DNA of 64,000 nucleotides, from IMG/VR virus record IMGVR_UViG_3300031857_009768. The stretch is one strand, 5' to 3'. A model generated the notes under the pieces. That model made no database searches. It was given only the letters and a program-made list of their open reading frames with translations, and was not told where the DNA came from. Made by a program: the position numbers and the translations under genes. Positions 55,039-64,000 of this stretch are shown here, piece after piece. Position 1 is the first letter of the stretch; each line of letters opens with the position of its first letter. This DNA comes from an uncultured virus (IMG/VR IMGVR_UViG_3300031857_009768). Taxonomy: Duplodnaviria > Heunggongvirae > Uroviricota > Caudoviricetes.

Positions 55039-56536
55039 TCTTGACCTCTATATTGTAAAACTTGTATTTGAATTTTTCTTCATCGTATATCCTAACACGA
55101 TCTTGAAGATGTGTCAAGGTATAATTCACATGTTTACCAATACGAAAATCGTCTGCTATGTCATAAAGAACTGCTTCGGTTTTATTTTCTCCAATTCGTA
55201 AACCCCTACCAATCGACTGAAGGTTTCTTACCCTTGACTTAGACGGTGAAGCAAAAACAACATTGTGGAGATTACGTATATTAATCCCTGTAGAAAAAGT
55301 GCCATAAGAAGCAACTATAATGGCATCATTTTGCTTTTCGGTAATAGCACGAACTTGTTCACGAACATCAACGTCTGTGCCACCGTAAACAAAAAACACA
55401 TGTCTATTACCAGCTTTCTCTTCAATCATCTTGTGTAGATGTTTACCATGTTTCTCTACTAGATTGAATAGTACCAGTGAGTTACCTTCTAATGATAATA
55501 CAAGATTCCGAATGAACTCATTTCGTGCGGTACTTTTTACTATGTAGTCTATCTCAGACTGATAGTCCCAGCCTCTGGAAAGTTTACACACTTCTTCTGG
55601 ATATTTCAACACCAAACACTTGATACGAAAGTCTGCTAGTTGTTTGTTTTCAATTAACTTGGCAGTAGTGGTCGATTGATATACTGGACCAAACAAACCT
55701 TCCAATACAAGTTTATGTGTTTGCGTACCGTCAATTGTGCCAGTACAACCAATCCGATACTTGGCATTCTTCAGACCAGTCATAATGGTAGTTAATGACT
55801 TTGCTTTGAACTGATGTGCTTCATCGCCCAATACAAAATCAAACTGCTCAAAGTATTCGGCAGGGTTCTTGTAGATAGATTGCCATGTTGTAATGGTCAA
55901 AAATTTATCTGTATGTTTATCTTTTCCTGAATACTGTCGATGGGCATAGTTTGCGGCATCGTAGCCATAAGATTGAAAATCAGAATACATTTGCTCAACA
56001 AGAGAAGTTGTAGGAACAATTAGCAATCCTTTCTTATAACCTTTGTGTTGTAGATAACGTAATATCAAGTATTGAATCAACGACTTACCAGAACCAGTCG
56101 GTGATAATAACAACATTCGCTTGTTTCTAACGGCAAATATGAAGGCTTTGTATTGATAGTCCCTGACACCTTCTGCTATAATGCTCTTGTCTAATTGAAG
56201 TTGCTCTAGAAACTCATTAGCTTCAATCGCTGAAAAACTCTCTGTATTGCTTACAACAGAATCAATCTCAAGTTTGTAGTCTCTTTCTTCACAAAACTTC
56301 TGGATGTAAGGCACAAGACCATGATAGATAGTGTGTGTACGTAAGTCAGCAAGTCTTATGCGGCCATCCCACAACCGATTCTTGTATGCCGGCATAAATT
56401 GATAGCCTGGCACAAAAAAAGTAAAGTAGTCAGCAAGTTCTTGTGCGACACTTTTTTCACACGCAAACCTGATGAATGCTTCATTCTGTTTGTATAATAT
56501 TAAATCAGACACCTTGTATAAACTTTTCCCAATCAA
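55031..56536 (-). CDS. uvsW: SF2 helicase
   Basis: PTGSGKS, DEAH, TGT, QSIGRGLR; true start probably the GTG near 56509. Confidence 0.95.
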   Translation of the reverse strand: MIGKSLYKVSDLILYKQNEAFIRFACEKSVAQELADYFTFFVPGYQFMPAYKNRLWDGRIRLADLRTHTIYHGLVPYIQKFCEERDYKLEIDSVVSNTESFSAIEANEFLEQLQLDKSIIAEGVRDYQYKAFIFAVRNKRMLLLSPTGSGKSLIQYLILRYLQHKGYKKGLLIVPTTSLVEQMYSDFQSYGYDAANYAHRQYSGKDKHTDKFLTITTWQSIYKNPAEYFEQFDFVLGDEAHQFKAKSLTTIMTGLKNAKYRIGCTGTIDGTQTHKLVLEGLFGPVYQSTTTAKLIENKQLADFRIKCLVLKYPEEVCKLSRGWDYQSEIDYIVKSTARNEFIRNLVLSLEGNSLVLFNLVEKHGKHLHKMIEEKAGNRHVFFVYGGTDVDVREQVRAITEKQNDAIIVASYGTFSTGINIRNLHNVVFASPSKSRVRNLQSIGRGLRIGENKTEAVLYDIADDFRIGKHVNYTLTHLQDRVRIYDEEKFKYKFYNIEVKNA

Positions 56537-56939
56537 TAAAGGATCTCAACTCCCAAGTCCTGTTATTTAACTCTTTCAATATTGCTTGACAGACTTCAAC
56601 AATTTCTTCATGTAACAATTTCTTGGCAAGATACTTGTTGATATCTTCATCAGCTTCTAAGTATGTATTGATCTCGGATTTGAGTGTGTATGGAAATGGT
56701 TGCCATCCACGTTTCTCAAGTTCATCTTCATCAAGTCTACCAGTGTAATATTCCCATTTCAACTTACGCCATTTATTGTAGTTGAAGTCTGCTTCCTTAG
56801 CCAGCAGTCGATGGGAAGAAAGAATGTTCAGATACTTCGAATGAAGTTTAGGAATATCAATCAGTGCTTTACCTGGTTCAGTGCGGTCAATGTTTGAATC
56901 CGCAGTCCACATTTGTAATACTTCTTCAAGTTTTGTCAT
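56505..56939 (-). CDS. uvsY: Recombination mediator
   Basis: IPKLHSKYL, KWEYYTG, YLEADED, IDWEKF. Confidence 0.9.
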   Translation of the reverse strand: MTKLEEVLQMWTADSNIDRTEPGKALIDIPKLHSKYLNILSSHRLLAKEADFNYNKWRKLKWEYYTGRLDEDELEKRGWQPFPYTLKSEINTYLEADEDINKYLAKKLLHEEIVEVCQAILKELNNRTWELRSFIDWEKFIQGV

Positions 56940-56969
56940 AGTATACCTCCTGTCAGGAGTATATCACAT

Positions 56970-57509
56970 TTAGAATAATTTTTCTACGTTATAATAGGTA
57001 AATCTGAATGTAGCGTCTGCTGTAATGATTGTGTCTGGAGTATCGGTAGATGATAAGACAAAACCAGATAGTGAGATTGGAAATAAATCTTTGAAGTTGA
57101 AACGGTAATAAGGCTTGTTTGATGCTGATAGAAGTGTTACCGCACCGTCAGAGTATTGTGGAGTGCTTGTTGGTATTGCTGAAGCAAATTGATTTAGCTT
57201 GGCTAAGTTTTGATATTCTTCATACTCTGTTGGGAATGTTACAGCACGAAGCCAATCGTGTATTTCTAACCAAGAAAGTAACTCAGCATCAACAATAAAA
57301 GTAACATTCAACACATCGTAGATTGCTTTTTCGCCTGGCGCATACAGTTCAACGAACGGGTTCTGTACTGGAATTTCGGATGTAGAAAGACCAGGCAAAG
57401 AAATCGTTTGAGCAAAGTATTGTAAATTCGGTGTACGAGCCAGGTTCAGCGTAAACTTGTTAGGCTGTAACGAATTTGGATTTGTAGGGTTTCGTGTGAG
57501 GACTGTCAT
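56970..57509 (-). CDS. gp3: Tail tube terminator/completion protein
   Basis: LQPNKF...YFAQTISLPG...PGEK...FIVD...FP.SLS...ATFRF; start MTVLTR. Confidence 0.8.
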   Translation of the reverse strand: MTVLTRNPTNPNSLQPNKFTLNLARTPNLQYFAQTISLPGLSTSEIPVQNPFVELYAPGEKAIYDVLNVTFIVDAELLSWLEIHDWLRAVTFPTEYEEYQNLAKLNQFASAIPTSTPQYSDGAVTLLSASNKPYYRFNFKDLFPISLSGFVLSSTDTPDTIITADATFRFTYYNVEKLF

Positions 57510-57514
57510 ACTTC

Positions 57515-57522
57515 TATTTATG
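57515..57522 (-). promoter_or_regulatory. Late promoter variant CATAAATA
   Basis: Between gp23 terminator and gp3 start. Confidence 0.55.
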
Positions 57523-57528
57523 CGCCAT

Positions 57529-57556
57529 AAAAAAAGAGACACCCGAAGGTGTCTCT
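57529..57556 (-). terminator. Intrinsic terminator after gp23
   Basis: AGAGACACC-TTCG-GGTGTCTCT followed by a T-run. Confidence 0.9.
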
Positions 57557-57585
57557 CTAAATCCCACTCTACGGTGGTTATTTAA

Positions 57586-58929
57586 TTACATCAGGTTTGC
57601 GATACGGAAGCCACGGTAGTAGTTGTTGCTCTGTGTTGTCAGAGCGCCGAGGCCTTGATCTGTACCTTCTGCGAATGGATTTGCTACCAGACCGTAACGA
57701 GTCTTGAAGCCAATCTTTGGCTGGAATGTACCAGTATCTACAGCACGAACCATTTGCAGCGGTACGTATGGGCAGTAGAACATACCAGCATCGTATGCGT
57801 TTGTGCCTTTGTAACCAACTACAGCAAATTCAGATGTCGAACCAACTGGGAAGTATGGGTCGATGTAGACTTTGATACGACCGAAGATTGTACCAGCAAA
57901 TGTGTTGCCTGTATCGTCAACTGTCAGTGATACTTGACCAGCAAGTGCTGAGTTATAGTCAAGGATACCAGCCATTGCCAGAGCAGAAGCTACGTCTGAA
58001 GAACAGATAACGATGTTACCTTTTCCACGACGGGTTGTCTTAGCGATTTGGTTTGCTTCACGCTCAATTTGGAATGCCAGACCTTTGATCTTTTCAACCA
58101 TCCAACGACCGTTTGAGTCTGTGTCAAGGTTGAATGCGCCTCTAGTTGTTGTACCTGCTTGGCAACCTGGCTTAGCAATCTTGTAGATTGTACGGATAAC
58201 TTCACGGTTGATTTCAGCAAGAATTTCAGCGGACAGAATGTTAGCCAGTTCTGTTTCAGCGTCAAGACCATGAACTGCTTTCAAGTCTTGTGCCAGTTCC
58301 ATTGAGTATTCTGCTTTCAGCGCACGTGTACGGGCTGTTACAGTGACTTTCTCAATTGAGAATGCCATTTCTTGGAATGTGTTACCAGCAGCGCCATCAC
58401 CCAGTGCTTCAGCAGAACCAGTTGTCATAGCACCAGTTGGAGCAGCGTTACCTGTAAACAGATAATCTGTTGTGTTACCAGCGATTGTCATTGAAGAAGC
58501 AACGATTGCACCGTTAGCACCCGAGAATGCTGTGTTTGCTTCGTTGTAGAATGCTTCGTTACCGCCTTGTGATGCATACTTAGTACGCATTGCAAAGATC
58601 AGACCTGTAGGACCTGTCATTGGCTGAACGCCGCAAACGTCATAAGCGATCAGGTTAGGCAGTGAACGACGAACCAGGCTGATCAGAATTGGATCGAAAC
58701 CAGCAACTGGACCAGCAGCAGCAGAACCGCCACCAAAACCACCTGTACCAGCAAAGTTAGTTGGAGAACCAGTTTCGCTCAGAATTGAACCTTCTTTGAT
58801 CATCTCTTGAGCTTGGTTCTCAAGAATAACCGCTGTAACTGCTTTACGATATGGGTCAGCAATTTTTGGCATATCTGGATGATCCAGAACGCTTTCCCAT
58901 TTTGATTGTAGATTTTCAGACAAATACAT
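57586..58929 (-). CDS. gp23: Major capsid protein
   Basis: GVQPMTGPTGLIFAMR, RALKAEYSMELAQDLKAVHGLDAE, FQPKIGFKTRYG. Confidence 0.98.
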   Translation of the reverse strand: MYLSENLQSKWESVLDHPDMPKIADPYRKAVTAVILENQAQEMIKEGSILSETGSPTNFAGTGGFGGGSAAAGPVAGFDPILISLVRRSLPNLIAYDVCGVQPMTGPTGLIFAMRTKYASQGGNEAFYNEANTAFSGANGAIVASSMTIAGNTTDYLFTGNAAPTGAMTTGSAEALGDGAAGNTFQEMAFSIEKVTVTARTRALKAEYSMELAQDLKAVHGLDAETELANILSAEILAEINREVIRTIYKIAKPGCQAGTTTRGAFNLDTDSNGRWMVEKIKGLAFQIEREANQIAKTTRRGKGNIVICSSDVASALAMAGILDYNSALAGQVSLTVDDTGNTFAGTIFGRIKVYIDPYFPVGSTSEFAVVGYKGTNAYDAGMFYCPYVPLQMVRAVDTGTFQPKIGFKTRYGLVANPFAEGTDQGLGALTTQSNNYYRGFRIANLM

Positions 58930-58953
58930 CTTTGTATCTCCTTAGTTTATTAT

Positions 58954-60045
58954 TTAAATTTTTGTTCTTGAAATTGCATTAACAACCGAAGCGACATATG
59001 GATCAGCGGCTACTTTCTTTTCGCTACCATCGTCTTCTACTTCTTCATGAAGTTGAGCTACATCGGCTTTTTTGATGCCTGATGGAAAGTAATTCTCACG
59101 AATTGTCTCAAGTTTTTCAACGAACTCTTCCTCTGTGGAGAATTCTACACTCTCTGCAAGTGCTTTGATTTTTTCTACTTGAGTTGCTGTGAGACCTTCG
59201 CAAACTTCATTTACTAGTTGTACTTTGATTGCTTCAGTAAGCTGTTTTTTATACTGAATATTTGCTTCAATTTCTTCATTCAGTTTAACTTCCAGTTCTT
59301 CGACCTTAGATGCAAGTTCATCGACTAGTTCTACTTTGTCTTCTGGAACGTTGATGTAGTTTTCGGCAAACAGATTACGCAAACCAGCAATAAAGTCTTC
59401 TGTGATTTCCGAACGCAGACCGCTTTCGATAGCGATTTCGTTTTCGTCCATCCACTGCTCTACTACGTAGTTCAGGTAGTCATCTACTTTTTCTGTAAGT
59501 TCAGACTTGATTTCTTCAAGGGCTTCAGCCAACATGCCGGCATATTCTGCTTCCATTTGCTCTTGAATCTGAGCAACACGGTCGAATACACGTGCTTCAA
59601 AGATTGTAGCGGCTTTTGCTTTGAAGTCTTCAGAAATGTTTTTGTCATCAGCAAACAATGAAGCAACATCTTCTTTCATTTGTGCTTTCATTTCTTCGAT
59701 TGCTGTTTCGTCATCAATCAGTTCTTCTTCTTCGTCGGCTTGTTCAGGCATCATTGCTGCGCCTGTACCAGCTTTCATATTCTTGTCGCCAAGCTGAACA
59801 TCGGATGATGCCGCTGATGGCTTAGTTGTAGGTGCTGAAGCACTCTTAGCACTAGCTTTGTTTGACAATTTGTTAGAATCATCAGTAGGCTTGTTATTTT
59901 GATATGTAGGACCGCCCAAGTCTTCAGGTGTTCCAGAGTTACCTGGAGTAACAGAAGGCAGTTTAGGCATTGGCATACCAGGAGCAGATGACTTGCTTCC
60001 TGCAAGAATTTCTGCCGCTGCTTCCATGAGTTTGTTTGTTGCCAT
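58954..60045 (-). CDS. gp22: Prohead core scaffold protein
   Basis: FKAKAATIFEA, VDDYLNYVVEQW; between gp21 and gp23. Confidence 0.93.
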   Translation of the reverse strand: MATNKLMEAAAEILAGSKSSAPGMPMPKLPSVTPGNSGTPEDLGGPTYQNNKPTDDSNKLSNKASAKSASAPTTKPSAASSDVQLGDKNMKAGTGAAMMPEQADEEEELIDDETAIEEMKAQMKEDVASLFADDKNISEDFKAKAATIFEARVFDRVAQIQEQMEAEYAGMLAEALEEIKSELTEKVDDYLNYVVEQWMDENEIAIESGLRSEITEDFIAGLRNLFAENYINVPEDKVELVDELASKVEELEVKLNEEIEANIQYKKQLTEAIKVQLVNEVCEGLTATQVEKIKALAESVEFSTEEEFVEKLETIRENYFPSGIKKADVAQLHEEVEDDGSEKKVAADPYVASVVNAISRTKI

Positions 60046-60067
60046 TGAATATCTCCTTATGATTTCT

Positions 60068-60075
60068 TATTTATA
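60068..60075 (-). promoter_or_regulatory. T4-type late promoter TATAAATA
   Basis: Exact match upstream of gp22 SD. Confidence 0.8.
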
Positions 60076-60079
60076 AATT

Positions 60080-60730
60080 TTAAAGTTTTCGTAGAAAGTT
60101 TTCGAAAAGCTGTAACCCAACAGATTCAATGTCTCTGCGTGATGCTTTGCGAATTTGCTGTTTAGCATAGTCGATATGAGACTCGACAAACTTACCTTCT
60201 ACGAACATCCATTCTTTGTTCTCCATAATACCTTGAACAAAAGCACCTGGAGCAGAAGGGTCAGCAACAATATCAGCAGCAGTTGCAAGACGCAGGTCAT
60301 CTTGTACTAGATTATAACCTTCTTTTGTCATTACGACAGAACCCAAAGCACGTGATGAAACACCAAGACCGACACCAGACTCAATAAGATTCTTAGCAAT
60401 CAAACCATATGGTGTTTCCATGATGAGTGCTTTACCGACAAATGTATTACCGTTCTCTACCAAACTTGTAATCTTATGCGACACACGTTCTAGATTCAGT
60501 GATGGTGTGTCTGGATGTCCCAGTTCACCAAGCGCACGATTTGTGTTGATGTACTCTTCGGTATATCGTTCAACTTCATTACGAAGTGTATCCATTTTGT
60601 ACATACGATTGTTACGGTTGACTGCATCGCCAACTAGAAATATGCCTTCAATGTACAGATTCTTTTTACCGTCTTCTGTTTTTTCGGTAAGATATCTTAC
60701 ATTTTCAATGTGTTCTTTAATAAGTTTCAT
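60080..60730 (-). CDS. gp21: Prohead protease
   Basis: NRNNRMY, GELGHP, GVSSRALGS, DIVADPSAP. Confidence 0.96.
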   Translation of the reverse strand: MKLIKEHIENVRYLTEKTEDGKKNLYIEGIFLVGDAVNRNNRMYKMDTLRNEVERYTEEYINTNRALGELGHPDTPSLNLERVSHKITSLVENGNTFVGKALIMETPYGLIAKNLIESGVGLGVSSRALGSVVMTKEGYNLVQDDLRLATAADIVADPSAPGAFVQGIMENKEWMFVEGKFVESHIDYAKQQIRKASRRDIESVGLQLFENFLRKL

Positions 60731-61092
60731 TAGATTGATACTCCTGTGTATGGATCAACATTGTAAGTTGCATACTTGGCCAGTTCTAGAACAACCGTAC
60801 CGCCAGTAACAATTTCAATTACGATGCTTTGAGTGTTATTATTTGCAATTGAATGTCCGTACTCATCAAAGTCCATGCTGCCACCACTATGCAGTGCCAG
60901 TAATGGAATGCTATTACGGACAATACGAATGTTGCCGTTTGTTGACCATTTAACATGACGAATGTCTGCCGCAGTAACAGTCTCGATGGTTGCGTTTGCT
61001 CTTAAATCATTGAGAGTGACAGTATATGTTCCAGGATCAACTGCTCGAACGATTGACGATCCTCTAAGTGTATTGGTAATTTCAAATGGCAT
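60730..61092 (-). CDS. Hypothetical head-module protein
   Basis: 120 aa beta-rich ORF between gp68-like and gp21. Confidence 0.6.
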   Translation of the reverse strand: MPFEITNTLRGSSIVRAVDPGTYTVTLNDLRANATIETVTAADIRHVKWSTNGNIRIVRNSIPLLALHSGGSMDFDEYGHSIANNNTQSIVIEIVTGGTVVLELAKYATYNVDPYTGVSI

Positions 61093-61093
61093 T

Positions 61094-61555
61094 TTATTTT
61101 AGTCCCATTGCTTGACGACGGCGCATTGACATTTTTCTTTTCATCAATGTACGTCTTAGTTTACTTTTTCTTGTTGTCTTCCAAGAACGTTTCAATAAAC
61201 GTGCTTTACGTAATCTTACTGTTGCAGGTATACGTTTAACCGTGCTACCAGAAATTCTATAACCTTTGATGCCTGATTTGCGTACATTTCTTTGTACGAT
61301 AATTCTACCTTTTTTGTTGCGACGAATACGGCGGCGTACTTTTGTAATACGACCCATCTTTTGAATGTTTGGATTGCGTTTCTTAGCCGCTTCCTCTAAC
61401 ACTTGTTCGTCAACTTCAATCTCTTCAAACATCGCATCAACGACATATGGCTTTGCTTCTTCCATACGGATAGAAGCAATGTCGTTCAGACGCTCAAAGA
61501 TTAATTCTTTGGCTTCGTCTAATCTATTCTGTAGAATTAGTTCTACAAAATTCAT
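61094..61555 (-). CDS. Prohead core protein, gp68-like
   Basis: Acidic N-half, very Arg/Lys-rich C-half; synteny. Confidence 0.7.
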   Translation of the reverse strand: MNFVELILQNRLDEAKELIFERLNDIASIRMEEAKPYVVDAMFEEIEVDEQVLEEAAKKRNPNIQKMGRITKVRRRIRRNKKGRIIVQRNVRKSGIKGYRISGSTVKRIPATVRLRKARLLKRSWKTTRKSKLRRTLMKRKMSMRRRQAMGLK

Positions 61556-62183
61556 ATAGTTTTCCGAATGTTGTTACAGACTCAGTTAGTTGTTGCCAAA
61601 AGATTTCTTTGCTGTCTTCTTCTAACTGACCGTATGTGTTTATAATTTGTTGTTTTGTTTCTTCGTCTAAAGAAATAGTAATGCCATCGTTGAGCGTTAT
61701 TTCTTCTGCTTCAGCAAGTTCTTTAATGTATTCTTCCGCTTGAACTGGAGCATCAACCATTGGACCATAAGGAATGCTAAATGCTCGTTTTATTTTGTCA
61801 CTCCAATACAGAGCAATACGTGTGCCGTCTGGATACAATCTTACCGCTTTACGTTTGATTACTAATATAACAGGTGGATCTGGCACCAATGGTGTATCCA
61901 TACGTGCTTCATTAAGTTCTACTTCTTCACGGACTGCTTGTCTTGCTTTACCATAAATCTGTTTACTTGAAACTAAATCTACCATGCGATTAAAAAGATT
62001 ACGCATGATCTCACGATCAGCATTGTTGAACTGTGGGCGTTCTTCACCCATCTTGTCTAAGATTTTGTGGATGCGGGCCAACTGTGCTTTGTTTGCTAAC
62101 CCTGCACGAACAAGCGCATCGAACTTAGAGTAGTCCTGTTTCTCTTCTTCTACGATAGATTTGAATTCGAGTAGTGATTTCAT
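61524..62183 (-). CDS. Hypothetical prohead-core-region protein
   Basis: MKSLLEFKSIVEE leader, EEVELNE linker. Confidence 0.6.
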   Translation of the reverse strand: MKSLLEFKSIVEEEKQDYSKFDALVRAGLANKAQLARIHKILDKMGEERPQFNNADREIMRNLFNRMVDLVSSKQIYGKARQAVREEVELNEARMDTPLVPDPPVILVIKRKAVRLYPDGTRIALYWSDKIKRAFSIPYGPMVDAPVQAEEYIKELAEAEEITLNDGITISLDEETKQQIINTYGQLEEDSKEIFWQQLTESVTTFGKLYEFCRTNSTE

Positions 62184-62380
62184 TCTTGCTCTACGGCTTC
62201 TTCACTGTCGGTAACTTCTTCGTCACCTTGCTCTTTCCCGCCAAATAAAGTTGTAGCCATTTCTTGCTTACGGCCTTGGAGCGCATCGAACGCTTTTGCG
62301 GATAAAACATTTTCTATACCTTCTTTTGCTGCTGCGCTATCACCAGCGGCAATGTTATTGATAATATCTTTTAGTTCCAT
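62180..62380 (-). CDS. Prohead core protein, gp67-like
   Basis: Small acidic ORF directly after portal. Confidence 0.65.
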   Translation of the reverse strand: MELKDIINNIAAGDSAAAKEGIENVLSAKAFDALQGRKQEMATTLFGGKEQGDEEVTDSEEAVEQE

Positions 62381-62391
62381 AATAATTTTCC

Positions 62392-64000
62392 TTATCTGCG
62401 TCTATTATTTATACTGACAACCGATTTACTTACTTCGTCATCTAAACCAGGTGTTAATGACTCTTCTTCTTCGGTATTTTCTACCGTATTGTCTTCTGGT
62501 TCTGCTTGAGGTTCAGCACCCTGTGGTGGTCCACCTAATGCGGGACCTTGCATGTCATCGGGCAATGTGTCTTTTTCTTTTTGTATTGCTGCTTGCATTG
62601 CTTCAATCTCTTCATCCGTCATCATGAGAATCTTATTCATCACATAATTATTGGAGAAGTAACGACCAACAAATGGATCAACTAGGCTTACCATTTGTAA
62701 TCTATTCTGTAGCAATTCTGCTTCACGCAGTTCGGTAAAGTTATTGTCTTTACGGAAGTCGTAGTAAACATCTTCTTTGAACTTATCCCATTCTTCACGT
62801 GTACAAATGCCCTTCAGTACCAATTGTACTTTGAGTGCTTCATCAAACACTTGTGAGAACTTATTACGCAGACGAACAACAAACTTGGCAAACTTCAGTT
62901 CATCACGTGTAACTTCTTGTGAACGACCAAGACCTGCTAAACCACCTTCTTGTGATTCAAGTCTTGAATATGGTACGTTTAAAGATTGTAAAAGTTTCTT
63001 TTGGAAATATTTTACATCTTCTAGTTCGCCCAAGTTTTGACCAGCAGGCAGTGTGGTAATTTCTGTACCTTTACCACCTTCACGGCGTGGTAGCCAGAAG
63101 TCTTCAAGCATTGACATATGCTTACGTTCATCACGGATCTCACCTGTGTTGGCATCGTAAACTAATTTGTTACGGTACTTGATCATGATGTCACGCAGAT
63201 ATTGCTCTGCTTTACCACGTGGCAAGTTACCAACGTCGATGTAGAAAATACGGCGTTCTGGCGCTCTTGAAATACGGTAAATAACAATCGCATCTTCAAT
63301 CATACGTAACTGATTGAGTGGCTTGATTGCTTTGTGTAGATACGAAATAACAAATGTATTCTTAGCATCCATCAAACCAGAGTTCACATTAATGATAGCG
63401 TCTGGTGCAATACGAATGCCTTGACCTACGTTTGATGTAAATGTCTGTGTCGTGGTACCACGATCATTATAGACATAGTATTCAGCAACCGATACGACGA
63501 TCATTGCTCCAGTTTTTGGATCACGATCTTTTTTAATCTCACGCACTTTACGAATCTTGCGTGGATCAATGTATCTAAGTTCTTGAATACCTTCTTTAGG
63601 ATTTTTATCGTTAACTACGATATGATAAAAAACACGACCATCAATATACCAACGTTTGAAAACATCATCAGCCAAATTACTAAAGTTCAACATCTTTAAT
63701 ACATTGTTGAACTCTTCGATAATTTTCTTCTTGATTGTTTCAGGCTGCTTCAGATTGTCAAGAACGATGTCAACAACCTTACCTTGATCATCATGTGTGA
63801 TGGCTTCATTGACGATTTCATCAATTGCCATTTGACACTCTGGGTGATTTGACATCTCACGATAACGTGTAATAAGTTCTATTTCGTTGCGAACAGAACC
63901 TTCAAGATCAACGTATGTACCGTAATACGCATTTTGCGTAACGGTAACAGCACCATCATCTATGGTTGCGGAAGGCAAAGCAAAGGATGCCTGTTCGGGC
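62392..64000 (-). CDS. gp20: Portal protein (start lies beyond the window)
   Basis: RWYIDGR, YRISRAPERRIFYIDVGNLP, EDFWLPRREGGKGTEITTLP. Confidence 0.97.
   Translation of the reverse strand, partial: PEQASFALPSATIDDGAVTVTQNAYYGTYVDLEGSVRNEIELITRYREMSNHPECQMAIDEIVNEAITHDDQGKVVDIVLDNLKQPETIKKKIIEEFNNVLKMLNFSNLADDVFKRWYIDGRVFYHIVVNDKNPKEGIQELRYIDPRKIRKVREIKKDRDPKTGAMIVVSVAEYYVYNDRGTTTQTFTSNVGQGIRIAPDAIINVNSGLMDAKNTFVISYLHKAIKPLNQLRMIEDAIVIYRISRAPERRIFYIDVGNLPRGKAEQYLRDIMIKYRNKLVYDANTGEIRDERKHMSMLEDFWLPRREGGKGTEITTLPAGQNLGELEDVKYFQKKLLQSLNVPYSRLESQEGGLAGLGRSQEVTRDELKFAKFVVRLRNKFSQVFDEALKVQLVLKGICTREEWDKFKEDVYYDFRKDNNFTELREAELLQNRLQMVSLVDPFVGRYFSNNYVMNKILMMTDEEIEAMQAAIQKEKDTLPDDMQGPALGGPPQGAEPQAEPEDNTVENTEEEESLTPGLDDEVSKSVVSINNRRR
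62406..62413 (-). promoter_or_regulatory. T4-type late promoter TATAAATA
   Basis: Exact match within the 3' end of gp20, upstream of the gp67-like gene. Confidence 0.7.

Noticed and set aside
461..63040. Numerous short plus-strand ORFs (e.g. 2941-3324, 10986-11405, 60420-60809)
   Set aside because: Antisense shadows of well-supported minus-strand genes with no motifs; only the GIY-YIG gene is credible on plus
1..64000. tRNA, rRNA or CRISPR arrays; alternative genetic code
   Set aside because: None recognised by eye; intergenic gaps are short and core genes translate full length in the standard code. A tRNAscan/Infernal run would be definitive

Overview
A 64 kb segment of a large T4-like myophage genome with cyanophage/pelagiphage-style gene order. 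Spanins and a GH19 endolysin imply a Gram-negative host. Almost every gene is on the minus strand. Read in transcription order (right to left): head module (portal gp20 partial, gp67/68-like, gp21, gp22, gp23), gp3, uvsY, uvsW; a six-gene sugar-tailoring island (B12 radical SAM, truncated ThDP E1 alpha/beta pair, HddA-like kinase, ColD-type PLP enzyme, extended SDR); gp55, gp47, gp46, peptide deformylase; a TAGT-like glycosyltransferase/methyltransferase trio; a VWA-metallopeptidase/MoxR (CobT/CobS-like) pair under consensus sigma70 promoters; gp45/44/62, regA, hsp20, 2OG oxygenase, dCMP deaminase, gp43, uvsX, gp41; then a late region with nuclease-like and ligase-like proteins, one plus-strand GIY-YIG endonuclease, ErpA, an eight-gene cluster around a sedoheptulose-7-phosphate cyclase (EEVS type), modular putative internal head proteins, a lysis cassette, primase, thyX and the start of nrdA. 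Best candidates for an undescribed system: (1) a phage C7-cyclitol (carbasugar) synthesis, activation and transfer cluster at 14470-20863, alongside a second unusual sugar pathway at 48876-54607; (2) proteins with T4 capsid-targeting-like N-termini and repeated gp21-type cleavage motifs that look like virion-packaged polyproteins carrying HicA-like, nucleotidyltransferase, kinase, ligase-like and nuclease-like modules. All calls come from motif recognition by eye; no searches were run.
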